A DNA stretch of 35,331 bases from Octopus bimaculoides (Eukaryota), in NCBI RefSeq assembly GCF_001194135.2, contig NC_068995.1, forward strand, positions 38,114,710 through 38,150,040. Direction: 5' to 3'. Shown here one piece after another: positions 22,693-35,320 of the stretch (its first letter is position 1; each line of letters begins with the position of its first letter). The position numbers and the translations under genes were made by a program. Below the pieces are notes generated by a model. It was not told the DNA's origin. It ran no database searches and saw nothing but the letters and a program-made list of their open reading frames with translations.

Positions 22693-23543
22693 GTATGTTT
22701 CTGTTAATACATACCACACATATTGTATTTTCTTTGTGTGCAAGGTGTCTGAAATATGATACCTTTGTTCGAAATGTGACATAAATTTTCTTTTTCCAAA
22801 AAAAAAACTTGTTCATTGTGAAATAACTTAGAATTTATAATATACAACTTCATCCAGACGACATCCGGGAACGTCGAATGACGACAATTGTTCCAGTGTT
22901 ATAAAGAATCATTGTATTCAGGTTATATTTTGAAAGGCGAATGTATATTTCATATTCATTGGTTAAGTTGAAATTATTAGTGTTTTATGAATTGAGTTTT
23001 ATGGAAACGTCAGCTTTAATATAAAAATATAAAGGAACTAGTTATTTTAAATTTTAAATCACATTGTGACAGACGAATTTTCACATTGAATTATATCATA
23101 TATTATGACTATGTTACATCATTTTGATTTTTTTGATGCGCCAGAATAATATTGCGCAAAATATATCATTATGTAATATACAAATGTGCATTATTGTACA
23201 AGTATTGTGCTAACTCTAACACATTTTTTTGCAAAATGCAAAATATAGCAATAATTTTATATCTCGGCTGATTATATTTGTAGTTCCAGATAATTTCAAA
23301 AATGCCCTTGCGCCACTTATACATGTGCAAAATTGTAATAATGTCTTTTAAGGTTTTTACAGAAAAGAAGTACCTCTTCGCAAGCGTATGATAAATAGGC
23401 AATCAAGTTTGCTATAATTTTATGAGTATTTCTAATCAGAAAATGTCAAGTAACAGGTTTCGCATTATTTACATACATAAAAGACGTTGAGCTGCCAGAT
23501 TCATTGGAACATCGGAAAATAAAATACTTGCAATATTAATTGC

Positions 23544-23546
<3 letters not shown>

Positions 23547-23608
<62 letters not shown>
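23547..23608. repeat. (GT)n microsatellite
   Basis: Direct. Confidence 0.98.
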
Positions 23609-23613
<5 letters not shown>

Positions 23614-23949
23614 CGATTATGTTTCTATCATGAACTGAGACATTGTCAAGCTGTAGGATTTTGCGTTTTCGATTGACTAATGCACGGTCACGGATTTTCA
23701 AAGCATCATCTTCTTGCTGTAGTTGTTGTACGTAACAGTTTCCGTTCCAAGCATGATCATTTGTATGACCATTTCAGAAAGTTCAAAGTGTAAGACACTC
23801 TAAAAATACCATCAAACACCCGATATGATATTCTATTCAAACCACTTTTGTCTGTAAACAGATACAGTAACCTGGCCGTAAGATAGCCACTGATTTCTCT
23901 TATTAGGATTTTGATAATAGTGTCATTTATAGTTCCCAGTTACAATTCG

Positions 23950-24365
23950 ATCAAAAAACGGTTTTTATATTGATTGTTTTGTCCGCAGCAGTTGTGTATG
24001 AATGCACGCACGTCGCTGAGCCTGGACATTGATCAGTTCGTGAGGAGTACTTCGACGGCGTCAGTTCACAAGGATGAACTTATGGAGGTGTCAGCTGATG
24101 GCACTTTTCTAATGATCAATTTTCGCCGACAACGTAGGAGTGATTGTGCTTGGATGTTGTTCAAGTCGCTGCAGTAAGGAAACATCCTCCACAACAGAAG
24201 GTGTCTCTGTCGTTGATCTGTATTCGAAGCTGGTGTCAACACCGTTGTGCGTCTGATCCAGTTATGTGCCACACGTTCATTGACAATTCCTGGGCACTTC
24301 ATGTCTCTAATTTCTTCTGCCGTTGCCCTTGTACTCAGTCCTTTTTTCATACATAGCATAGAATT
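23950..24365 (-). mobile_element. Mariner transposase N-terminal remnant
   Basis: KKGLSTRATAEEIRDMKCPGIVNERVAHNW resembles the mariner HTH; later PHELINVQAQRR resembles the WVPHEL region; frameshifted. Confidence 0.7.
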
Positions 24366-24967
24366 GTGCTATTTGCAATTCTTTTAGCACTCATTATAAA
24401 AGATTATAAACAGCAAACAATTAATCTTTATATGTTAAGTAATGTTCGTAGCCACTTCAAACTGGCTGTCCGTTCGAACGGATTTTACCGCGAATTTTTA
24501 ATCCCGAGGACATTTCTAGCTGGTTAAAGATGCACAGCACAGCGGCATCTGTTATACTGTGAGCAGGGGAACAAACCCCTACCACCTATCAACAGGACCA
24601 GTAGAGCAGCCTAGTTTCGGGATATTTCTGCTTCTCTTCCGTATTGGAGACCTCAAATAAAGAATAAACAATTCACTAACAGTTGGAGAACAAGTTTATC
24701 CAATTGACAATATAACATGGAGATACAAAAGCAAATAAACTCAAGCTTTTGTTAATCTACTCTTATAATATATTTTGCTATGAATAATGAATAAGTTTTA
24801 AATTAATAAGGTCTTTTTTCAAATATATAATAAATTTCTCAAAAACATACACACATACATACATACACAAAACCCCTCACACACACATACATATGTAAAC
24901 TTTGATGCCTCCTAGTGTGTATGTACATATGTGTATGCCTATTGTTGTGTATCTGTTTCTTTAACAA

Positions 24968-24968
24968 G

Positions 24969-25005
<37 letters not shown>

Positions 25006-25080
25006 GTCTGTCTGTCTGTCTGTATGTCTGTCTTTATGTCTGTCTATCTATCTATCTGTCTGTCTGCCTGTCTGTCTGTA
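24968..25080. repeat. (TATC)n/(TGTC)n tetranucleotide microsatellite
   Basis: Direct. Confidence 0.95.
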
Positions 25081-25787
25081 GGTCTATGTATTTGCATGTA
25101 TGTATGCGTACGTGTGTACTTGTGCGTGCATGTGTGTTATGATTAACAGCGTTCCGTGACATGTTCAATATATATTTTTGCCACGTATGATATCGGAACC
25201 TTTTTAAAGTAAGAGATGAATGCATATGAATATCTATTAATGAATGCCTATTAATATATCATTTCTACTGAATACTTAGAGGAAGTTAACTCAAGTAATC
25301 GAAGTAAGTACATTGAGGTGTTGTTTCCTGTGTCCTCGGTTTCAATCACATTGCTATATATTTCTTTCAAAATAAATGAAACGTCACTAAAATCCAATGA
25401 ATGTATCTACACTAATAAATAGAACTTCAATGACATTATGAGAAATTGATAGAGACAGAAGGGCAGTTAGATAGCTTTTGATGATCTGAATAGAATAGTT
25501 GATTTGTTGGCGATTTAGTGCATTAAAAAACATAATGACAAAATCCAGAATGTCAGCAAACTATTGATTATTCGTGTCGGCAACAATTAGTCCATTAGAC
25601 AGTTTGTTGAGATTAAATGACTTAAGTTACCGCTGGAAGTAAAGTATGGAGATCAAAGGGGTGTTGGCGTTTTGTTCTATATAAGCGAAAGATGAAATCC
25701 CTAAGCGTTTTATTTTTGCTTATTCAAATGAATTGTATGACACTTTTACAAAACCTCCTGCGGATTGATAAACTACAATTGTCTTAC

Positions 25788-25833
25788 CTTCTCCTCTACA
25801 ACGGGAGGCTGTCGATATGTGAAGATAATTTTG
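25788..25833 (-). CDS. Candidate short exon
   Basis: gtttcatattag acceptor, AAG|gtaaga donor; open frames KIIFTYRQPPVVEEK or QNYLHISTASRCRGE. Confidence 0.2.
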
Positions 25834-25857
25834 CTAATATGAAACTTAACTGTCTAT

Positions 25858-25910
25858 GATTAAGATTACGAATCCGATTAAGATTACGAATCCGATTAAG
25901 AAACGAATTC
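25858..25910. repeat. 18-bp tandem repeat, ~3 units
   Basis: gattaagattacgaatcc twice, then gattaagaaacgaattc. Confidence 0.95.
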
Positions 25911-26049
25911 GAAGGTAATAAAACAAAGTTTTAGCGTGTTGCTTGCCTCATTTTGGACAGGTTTGTTGTTGTGTGGCCAAAAATTTCTTATTGTTCAACA
26001 AGACTGAGTGGAACGTTTTGTAATATTTTAGGTAAATTAATTGCTTTTT

Positions 26050-26770
26050 TCATCAAAGTATTTATTCGTCAAGCCTAGCATCCAAAGTAGAAGCAAAAGT
26101 TTTGCATTATCTGCCACACTAATAACAGTTCTTCTCCACCAAGGCAAATAACCATTTCACTGAAGTTTTTCCCTCCTCTTGGTTGATGACGGCTTGTGAG
26201 AACGGAGTAATCCAAGAATCGGAACAAATAATCAGCCGAGGGTTTAGTCCTCCAAGTTCTGGACTTTATTCCGAGTCGTTCGCGTGTATAAGGTCATGTG
26301 TTGTCATGCTGCAACAGAGTTTGCTTTCCGCTTACTAAAGCCAGGCTTCTATATCGCACAAGCCATAGATCATTTCCAGTTGTTCCGAGTAAATATTGGA
26401 GTTGATAATTCGACCGTTCTGAAGGAAATCGTAATGAATTATCCTCTCATAATTCCCCAGATGCAGAACATCACCTTTTGTTTGAAACGGCCATATTTGG
26501 CGACAGATTCCGGAAGCTGGCCCTTACTTAACCGCTGCTTATAATCGCTAGGATTGAGGGAAAATGTCTATATTTCATCACACGTTATTCGTCGTATGAG
26601 GAAACGCAGATCACTTGGGTTTTCCCGGAGTTATTTGCAAGTATCCACTGGCCTGTGTGCTTCAGCTGGAGTCAGTTTCTGAAGCACAATACAGTAGCTC
26701 CGGATACTTTTGCTGAGTCGTGTATGTGATGAACCACATTGATCTATGAGGTGTGGAGATCACCTGACAT
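26050..26770 (-). mobile_element. Mariner transposase catalytic-domain remnant
   Basis: RFLIRRITCDE (first D), GQLPESVAKYGRFKQKVMFC, IYSEQLE, LLQHDNT*PYT (second D), ADYLFR; many stops and indels. Confidence 0.8.
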
Positions 26771-26794
26771 TCTCCGAGTGCTTTCTGATGAATT

Positions 26795-27880
26795 CATTCA
26801 TTTTTTTGTCATATCAAACTATGAACCAAACTCTTCAAAAGCCTTCGCAAAGTCAAGGTATATCACTTGAGTTGTAGAGTAACTGCCTCAACACCCAGTC
26901 ATAGTGCTGTAAGAGCCGGGTCAGGCAGCTCCTACCTGGTCAAAACGATGCTGGGTATCACTTAGCAAGTCATTGTCTTCAAGGAATGCAATTAGTTCCA
27001 TCTGGCTATCTGTTCCATGACTTTGCTGATGTGTGAAGTCAGAGAGACAGGCCTATAATGTTTGGCATCTGCTCTGCTTCCTCCTTTATGGATTGGGCAT
27101 ATTATTCCCTCCTTTAGTTTGCTTGGCAGCATGCCATTTGCAAGATAGCTCTGGAAGAGAATATGCAGTGGTATCACCAGGGCACGCTTACACGATTTAA
27201 TGAGGATTGCTGGGAAACCATCAGGACCAGCAGATGACTTTGCATCCACCTCATCTATGGCTAGTAGTATATCGTCTTCACTAATGTCGCAACTGCCTCG
27301 ATGGTTATAGTTGAGGCGGCAAAGAAATCCACTGATTCGTTCACTTGTCTGTGTCCCAACGGTATGGTAACGACGCTTTTGAACTGATCATTCAGTACGT
27401 CACTGATCCTGGTTGGACTATCGGTGAGAGAATCATCGCTTTGGAAGTGGGGTCCTATTTTGCAGCGTACTGAGGCTGTGTCGCCCGCTTAATGAAAGAA
27501 GGCCTTTCGGTTCGACTTAATGGTTTTTATAACCCAGGATTCATTGTCTGCTCTCGCCATCCCATAGTATTGCTGCAGGCTTTTCCAAATCTCCTTCGGT
27601 GTTATTTTTAGGCGGAACCTATCACTACTTTTGGAATGTTGGTTGAAGTGATTTGCAATCTTGGTCCGTCGTCTCATGTGGTTCGTCCTCTGCTTTGGAA
27701 TCTTGTTCATTTTGTGTTGGCCTTGTGCTCAGGGACATATTTCTGACATATCGTTTGCATAACTGACATGAAATATTCTAGCCTCATGCCAATATCTGGT
27801 GTGGAGAGACATATCATCCGTGCAGCACGGAATTCTGTCAGTGAACACGAAGCGGTCTGAAAGCGACGAAAATATTTTTC
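26795..27880 (-). mobile_element. LINE RT fragment (CR1/L2/Jockey group), pseudogenised
   Basis: SSAGPDGFPAILIK...LPSKLKEGIICPIHKGGSRADAKHYRPVSLTSHISKVME, QH(R)F..GRSCLT, VIYLDFAKAF; upstream IKTIKSNRKAFF linker; truncated inside RT. Confidence 0.92.
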
Positions 27881-28000
27881 CAAATTAAATTTAAATGTTG
27901 AAGTGAATGTAATGGTTTTTGTGTGTTATTTTAAATGGCTTATTAACACCTTCCACCCTGCAAATGTTTTGGTTATATATATAAATGTATATACATATAA

Positions 28001-28003
<3 letters not shown>

Positions 28004-28089
<86 letters not shown>

Positions 28090-28125
28090 AAGAGGGAGAG
28101 AGAGAGAGCGAGAGAAAGAGAAAGA
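28004..28125. repeat. (GA)n microsatellite
   Basis: Direct. Confidence 0.97.
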
Positions 28126-28153
28126 GAGATACATATAATTATAGGTATATATA

Positions 28154-29765
28154 CTAGCAGAAACACCATTCATTGACTGGTTTGAAAGAAGATGCCAAAA
28201 TTGTTCTTTGAAGATCGAAATTTATTCATTTACATTGTATTGAACANNNNNNNNNNNNNNNNNNNNNNNNNNNNNNNNNNNNNNNNNNNNNNNNNNNNNN
28301 NNNNNNNNNNNNNNNNNNNNNNNNNNNNNNNNNNNNNNNNNNNNNNACGTTGCACAGAAGCATGATTTGAGAGCCTATTTTCATGGAAAGCAATGAAGAG
28401 GAGCTCCTGGTGGCTGCAGTGAGTTTAAGAACTTAACCGGGAAATTGACTATTTCATCCACAAGAGAGTCTATAGATGTATATGTTTGTTTCCTGGTAAA
28501 CGTTTCTTGAGTCTTTCATTAAATTATTCACAGTAACGTTCTTTGGTGCTATGACTGCTTTTTCGCATAGCTGAGTAGCATTTGTCTAATTTGAAATTAT
28601 ACTTGGAAAAACTTTTTCAATAAGTTCCTCAACCGAGCGGACTAAGTTGCAGGTTCTTCATAGATTCAAGTCACCTTCATCATAGATATCTAGCCTTCCT
28701 TCTCCAAGTTGCAAAATAGTACGAGCAAATTGTTCCGAGAGATGATCCCCAAACAAATGGGCCCTCATATTTGTAGAAAGCTTTAACACGTTGATATGTT
28801 TACATAAAATAGATGGTTTCAAGCATGATTTTAGTTCATCCACCTGTGTTCCCCTGGGAATCACTGGCAAAAGTTGTCTGAAATCATCGAATGTACTACT
28901 GTCACAACTCGCATCAAACAATTAGAATTGCGCTGTTCTTGCAGCATTCTGTTAACGACTTCTAATAATGCTTTAAGTGGCATGGTACATTCGTCCCATA
29001 TGATCAAAGAATATATCACAGGTAACTTGAGGTAAGGAACTTTTAGTTATATTGCAGACAGTTACATCATTTGAAGTTAGATTGAATGGTAGCTTGAATA
29101 CTGCGTGAGCTGTTCGACATCCTGAGAGTAAAGTCGCTACAGCTAAAGCTATTTGCCCTTTCTGCCGGATTTTGGCTAGCAGAAAATTTCTAACAAAATA
29201 TTTTTCCAGGTCCTCTCGGAGCGTCTAAAACCTACAACGATCCTCTTATGTGTCACTTGGTCTATGATTGTTGTACATGCAAGTTGTTGGTCTGGCAATT
29301 TTTTTCAAAGAATCTTGTTAACGAATCAATATCATATGAAGTTTCTCGCAAAACATCTGTGATGAAATTATTCTCTACATTTCAATGTGTTTCAGGTAAG
29401 CCAAACTTACTGAGCTCCTCCCCTCCCATTGAGACAACGCAATCTTCAATATCAACCAATGCAGAATTATATATGTCATCGTTGAATACTAATTTCTTTT
29501 CAGTGAATCTTAATTGTGATTGATATTTGTAGTCATCTGATAAATCATTCACATATTTGTTGCACAACGCTAACGGATTACTTACTTCACAATTCAGGAG
29601 AAGAATTGTAAAAAGATCTCTCAGTAAAATAGGTGTGCATAACACTATCCCACTGATAGTTATCTACTAACAAATTTAAAGCTAACAGGCTTCTCTATAA
29701 GTACAAACAGTTTCACCATCAATTGTTCTTAAGAAACAGGAGGAAGTCGGTCCTCTTATTTCAGC
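28154..29765 (-). mobile_element. Helitron RepHel fragment (end of Rep, linker, PIF1-family helicase) with probable 3' terminus
   Basis: GPTS..LRTIDGETVCTYREAC, LRDLFTILLLNCEVSNPLAL, LDAPRGPGKIF (Walker A), SGCRTAHAVFKLP, IWDECTM (Walker B), [36 protein letters not shown]; CTAG|T end at 28154-28157 with decayed hairpin. Confidence 0.92.
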
Positions 29766-29901
29766 CTCAAAAAAAAATAAATAAAACCAACAAAAAAACA
29801 AAAAAAAAAACAAAACATTTGGATGCATAGAGCAAACTTTTCCGATTGGCGAGTCAAATAGTTTTGTATTTGGATGACTCTCAAAGTCAACTCCTCTTTT
29901 T

Positions 29902-30474
29902 CTTATAGCAATAGTAATAGAAGTCAATACAGTTATGCACACACATACACAAACGCACACACACACACTGACAGACGGACATACACACACACACACACAC
30001 ATATAACATGTGTGTCGTTATTTTATGCATATGGCATACCTACAGAATAGCGCCCCACCGAATTTGTTTCTTCCTATGTTTAGGGAAAATGGGCATTTTC
30101 AAATGAAAAGTTGTACAAATATGCTGAAGTGAGAGGGAAAATGACAGTTCACCTCATAAATTCTGGTGTGGAAAACGTGAAACAATGGAAAAATATTGGA
30201 GTGAAAGATAATTTACAGTTTCTATTCTGAATGTACGTCGGAAATATATCGAAAGTGATCTACGATTCTATTGCGAAGGCAAGCTGCTAGAGAAAGAAAA
30301 CTGATCTTCTATAGATAAAAATGGAACAAATGTAAAATAATACTGATCCAGTAATACTTATAGCAATATGAAGTTATGGAGCGTATTACAGTTATACACA
30401 CCCACACACAAACATGTTATTATCTATGTCGTTATATAACACATATGCCATACCCACAGACGTGTGTCCCACCG
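29902..30474 (+). repeat. Diverged direct repeat (29902-30060 and 30357-30474)
   Basis: cttatagcaata, tacagttat.cacac, gtcgttat, catatg.catacc.acaga, cccaccg in both copies. Confidence 0.75.
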
Positions 30475-30589
30475 TATTTTTGAATTTAATTCGGAAATAT
30501 AATAATCTTATAGAAATTAAGTACATCAGGCAGGTTATTTAATTTCAATTTGGTTTAATTTTGTTTCATATCAATCCTACTCAAATCGT

Positions 30590-31971
30590 GCAAACTTGCT
30601 CTGGCAAGACTACTACAGATTGTCTTTCGGAGTTTTCTTACAAATGGCAAGTTGCCAAGTCGACTGAAGAAGGGAATAATATGCCCGATCCATAAANNNN
30701 NNNNNNNNNNNNNNNNNNNNNNNNNNNNNNNNNNNNNNNNNNNNNNNNNNNNNNNNNNNNNNNNNNNNNNNNNNNNNNNNNNNNNNNNNNNNNNNNNNNN
30801 NNNNNNNNNNNNNNNNNNNNNNNNNNNNNNNNNNNNNNNNNNNNNNNNNNNNNNNNNNNNNNNNNNNNNNNNNNNNNNNNNNNNNNNNNNNNNNNNNNNN
30901 NNNNNNNNNNNNNNNNNNNNNNNNNNNNNNNNNNNNNNNNNNNNNNNNNNNNNNNNNNNNNNNNNNNNNNNNNNNNNNNNNNNNNNNNNNNNNNNNNNNN
31001 NNNNNNNNNNNNNNNNNNNNNNNNNNNNNNNNNNNNNNNNNNNNNNNNNNNNNNNNNNNNNNNNNNNNNNNNNNNNNNNNNNNNNNNNNNNNNNNNNNNN
31101 NNNNNNNNNNNNNNNNNNNNNNNNNNNNNNNNNNNNNNNNNNNNNNGTGCATACGATACGAAATTCTCGCAGAAAATATAAAACCCTAGCGGTTGCACGT
31201 TCGCAGTAGAAGTTGGACGCAATTTACAGATGGGCTGAGGACAATAATATGCAGTTTAATGCGAGAAAATATCAAGACCTGCGCTCAAAAGTTAACCAAA
31301 AACTTACAGAGTACACTGGCCCAGGGTGGATTGCAATCCCAGAACCTAAATCATTGCTTGACCTGGGTATCGACATAAGTGATGATATATCTTTCCAAGT
31401 GTACATTACGAAGATAGCAAAGTGCAAACTGCTGGCTGGCAGCATCTTGACAACCTTCAAACAAGAGAGAAGGAAACCATGATGGTCTCCTAGAGAACAT
31501 TCGTCCTCAGCCGCTTGGACTACTGCTCCCAGCTATGGTCATCCTAAAGAGTAAAATCAACAGCGGACTTTGAAACAATCCAGTGAAGCTTCACAAAGAC
31601 GATCGACTCGTTGCAATATCTCAGCTACTGGGAAAGGCTGAAACAGCTAAGATTCTACTCCCTGGACAAGAGGCGGGAGAGATATGTAATAATATACTGG
31701 AATTGAAATCTACAAAAATGCCAGAACGCGTCGCCACTGCACTGGTGCCAAATATCTCAACAATACCGTCACGCTTCAGGACCATTTACTGCAACAGCCT
31801 GGGTTTCAAGGGCCCACAACTTTTTTATATTCTCTCTAATGACCTACACAAAGAGGTTGTAGGTGTTTTTAAAACAAGACTAAATGTCTTCCCGTGGAGA
31901 GTCCTAGATGAACCTACATAGCAGCAAGAAGTGCAAATGAGAGAACCGGTATCAAAATCCTTTATTCACCA
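30590..31971 (+). mobile_element. LINE RT C-terminal fragment, same family as 26795-27880, pseudogenised and split by a gap
   Basis: NGKLPSRLKKGIICPIHK; AYDTKFSQKI (decayed YADDTK); DAIYRWAEDNNMQFN; DLGIDISDDISF; FVLSRLDYCSQLWS; FKGPQLF. Confidence 0.9.
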
Positions 31972-32489
31972 NNNNNNNNNNNNNNNNNNNNNNNNNNNNN
32001 NNNNNNNNNNNNNNNNNNNNNNNNNNNNNNNNNNNNNNNNNNNNNNNNNNNNNNNNNNNNNNNNNNNNNNNNNNNNNNNNNNNNNNNNNNNNNNNNNNNN
32101 NNNNNNNNNNNNNNNNNNNNNNNNNNNNNNNNNNNNNNNNNNNNNNNNNNNNNNNNNNNNNNNNNNNNNNNNNNNNNNNNNNNNNNNNNNNNNNNNNNNN
32201 NNNNNNNNNNNNNNNNNNNNNNNNNNNNNNNNNNNNNNNNNNNNNNNNNNNNNNNNNNNNNNNNNNNNNNNNNNNNNNNNNNNNNNNCACACATGCATAT
32301 TTGTATATTGTTATATATTACAGAAATGCACCTGAACACGTCCACCTACACACGCATATACTTACATAGATCTGTACACACACATGCAAGCGCGTGTACA
32401 CACACAAACATATGCATATGCAAGGGAATCTGGAAGTTTTCTTTTAATTCCACGTAGAATAATTACAAAACATGTCATAATATTCTGAC

Positions 32490-32557
32490 CAGTTATATTC
32501 ATAGGAATCAGATACAAAGCTCCAATGTTCCAAAGCAAACCCACTAACGACATCTTC
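32490..32557 (-). CDS. Candidate exon, possibly encoding a signal peptide
   Basis: cataaccag acceptor, CTG|gtcaga donor; AAG ATG start gives MSLVGLLWNIGALYLIPMNIT, phase 1; another frame (EDVVSGFALEHWSFVSDSYEYN) is also open. Confidence 0.2.
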
Positions 32558-33257
32558 CTGGTTATGATTATTGATCGATTTAAATAACTTAAGTTTCATC
32601 AATTCACAACAAAGAGGGTCATTAATTTTCTGTTGACAATATGATCTCAGTATTTCACCATATCCACTGACAATATTCTAATGGGAAATCTGAAATTAAT
32701 ATCTATTACACGATATATGTTCTTTACAAGCAAAACTAAACATTATGAAATAATATGTTTATTGTATCAATAACAAATATTGACTTATCGTAGTTCTGTA
32801 ATATATCAAGTAGTTCTGGTTAGAAATAAACTATGAATTATATAGAAACATAAATAGATACCCCAAGGATAATGAACAGGATAATAAGCAAGAATGCAAA
32901 ACAGAAAGAGACAGAAGGAGAATAGAATAGTGCAGCATATTTAAATGCGTAAGATCTTAGTATAAATACCTTCGATATCATTACATATTACTACATTACG
33001 ACTTTGAACTGGAGATAGGTTGTTCATTAACGACACTCACAGTATAGTCTATTGTACTTGTGAACAAGATTTCGTTCGATTATCTTCCACAAGAAAAACA
33101 TAAGGTATTTCAGACGGTTCATATTTATATGCCATTCCATATATTTTCTTTCTCAAAATTTACACAGACATAAATAAATTACCTACGATATATATGCACA
33201 CATATACATTTATAGAGACAGACACATACATATCCACCGTCTATATANNNNNNNNNN

Positions 33258-33289
<32 letters not shown>

Positions 33290-34019
33290 TATATATACGT
33301 CTGTTTGTATATATATATATATATATATATATATACTTTACATAAGTATATATATGTATGTATTCAACTGATGATATTATTTTAACTCTTAATTCAAATT
33401 ATCTGCTATGAATTCCGGCGTATTTAATATATCTTGAAAATCTTCGAAATGCTTAATATATAATCAGATGACTTAACATTTAACAAAAGAAAAAAGAAAA
33501 TAGGCAGAAGCAAAAAATAAATATAAGCAGGTTACACGTATATTTCAAATAAAACAGAAANNNNNNNNNNNNNNNNNNNNNNNNNNNNNNNNNNNNNNNN
33601 NNNNNNNNNNNNNNNNNNNNNNNNNNNNNNNNNNNNNNNNNNNNNNNNNNNNNNNNNNNNTAACCATCCGGAATTATGTACACAATTATGATATACTATT
33701 AAAAAAGACGAATTTCCCACAACTTGAATACGTTTCCTTTCTGAGTTTAATCTCCTTAATGATAGTGCTTCAAATGCAAAACAGTAAAAAAAAAAAAAGC
33801 AATAAAGCAATGACAATGACAACAAAACAATAACAATATCATGATTCAGGAGAAATTCTTGATCCCACACCGCAATGAAAGTATTGAATTGCAAAATGCG
33901 AGATCAATTGTGTAGTTATAGGATTATTTACAACTGTTTTTAGATAGAGCAGATAAATGTGAATTTTTAATATATGTATTTTGAGGCATTGCTAACTTTG
34001 CTACACATCTATTGAATAC

Positions 34020-34165
34020 TGTGTTAGCTGACACAATCTTTAACACGCCGGATAAAATGCTTAGTTGTATTTGGTTTGTCCTTACTATCTTAATATATAT
34101 TACATTGTCTTTGGTCGACTTACCCACCAACACGAACTTGCTGGTCTTATTTCAGAATTTATAAC
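34020..34165 (+). mobile_element. Decayed SINE family B fragment
   Basis: caatctttaacacgccggataaaatgcttagttgtattt...ttgctggtcttat..caga(a)attt matches family B head and tail. Confidence 0.55.
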
Positions 34166-35084
34166 AATTTTACGTGACCAGTAACACTCACTGGTAATAC
34201 TTAATCGAAACCCAACTAGAACAATACAGGTGATTTTGTCAGTATCTATGAAGTTGTGAAGTAATAATGTAACCCGAAATTTATATATTTTTCTTCAATT
34301 ATGCTTGCTCAAAAATATTGTGCACACGCTTGAAATTTGAACGAAATATAAACATTCGATTATTGTGAAATGATAATTTTGAAATTGATGTAGAATTTGT
34401 AACAATTAATTTTGCATTTTCTTTGTATTAACTATCTACTATTGTTTTATTTCTAAATTGATGTAAACTTTGAATGATGTGACATAAAATATAATGTATT
34501 TGAATTTTTTTTGTGTTTGCTCATAGTAATTCTTATTAAAGTCTATTATATCGTTATTCATCAAAATTTCGTTCTGAAAGATGTATGTAGGTTATACGGC
34601 ATAACGAATGAAAGAATCATATTGTATCGCGTGGTTAGGAAATTAAGTGACCAGTTATACCTCCACACAAACGAACAATAAAAGAAATAGATATCTCGTT
34701 AATTGTTCATTGATTTTGATATACATTAATGATTACATATTCACATCTGAACATTGATCTAAAAATTTCGATTGCATTTAATAAACCCAAGAGATTACGT
34801 TAATATAATCTATATTTGTATTCTTTTTCCATCATTAGTTTCTGTCGTTTGACCGCATTGTGTTATTGACTGTGTCCTGAATGTTATAGTTGTTTTTTAT
34901 TGAAACAGTGCAAAAATTAAATGCAGCATCGATTTCATAATTTCATTTGTGGAAGTGCTACATTACAGAACATAAATATAATACACAGGGACAAAGCTAA
35001 TACACACACATATACAAACACATTAACATACGCACAGACACGCGTCAGTCATAACTTATTCTTATGTTGCACAACTCTAATGGT

Positions 35085-35320
35085 TTACTTCACATTTTAC
35101 AATTTTTCAGGAGAAGAACAATAAAAAAATCTCTCAAAGAAATAGTTGTGCATAATACTGAGGCCGCAGCTATTGTAGTATCCCACTGATAGTTATCTCC
35201 TAACAATTTTAAAGCTAAAGCTAAACAGGTTTTTCTGTGTGTACCAACGGTTTCACCATCAATCGTTCTTAAGAAGCAGAAGGAAGTCGGTCCTCTTATT
35301 TCATGAAGAAGCAGCTTCAA
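35085..35320 (-). mobile_element. Second Helitron RepHel fragment (end of Rep domain)
   Basis: KLLLHEIRGPTSFCFLRTIDGETVGTHRKTCL..L.DNYQWDTTIAAASV..LRDFF; clearly homologous to 29580-29765. Confidence 0.88.

Noticed and set aside
25858-25910. CRISPR-like repeat
   Set aside because: Units are contiguous with no spacers, the context is eukaryotic and there are no cas genes.
26484-26495. gaaacggcc as a fourth hammerhead motif
   Set aside because: It is the antisense of mariner codons (GRFK); no GUH and no upstream core.
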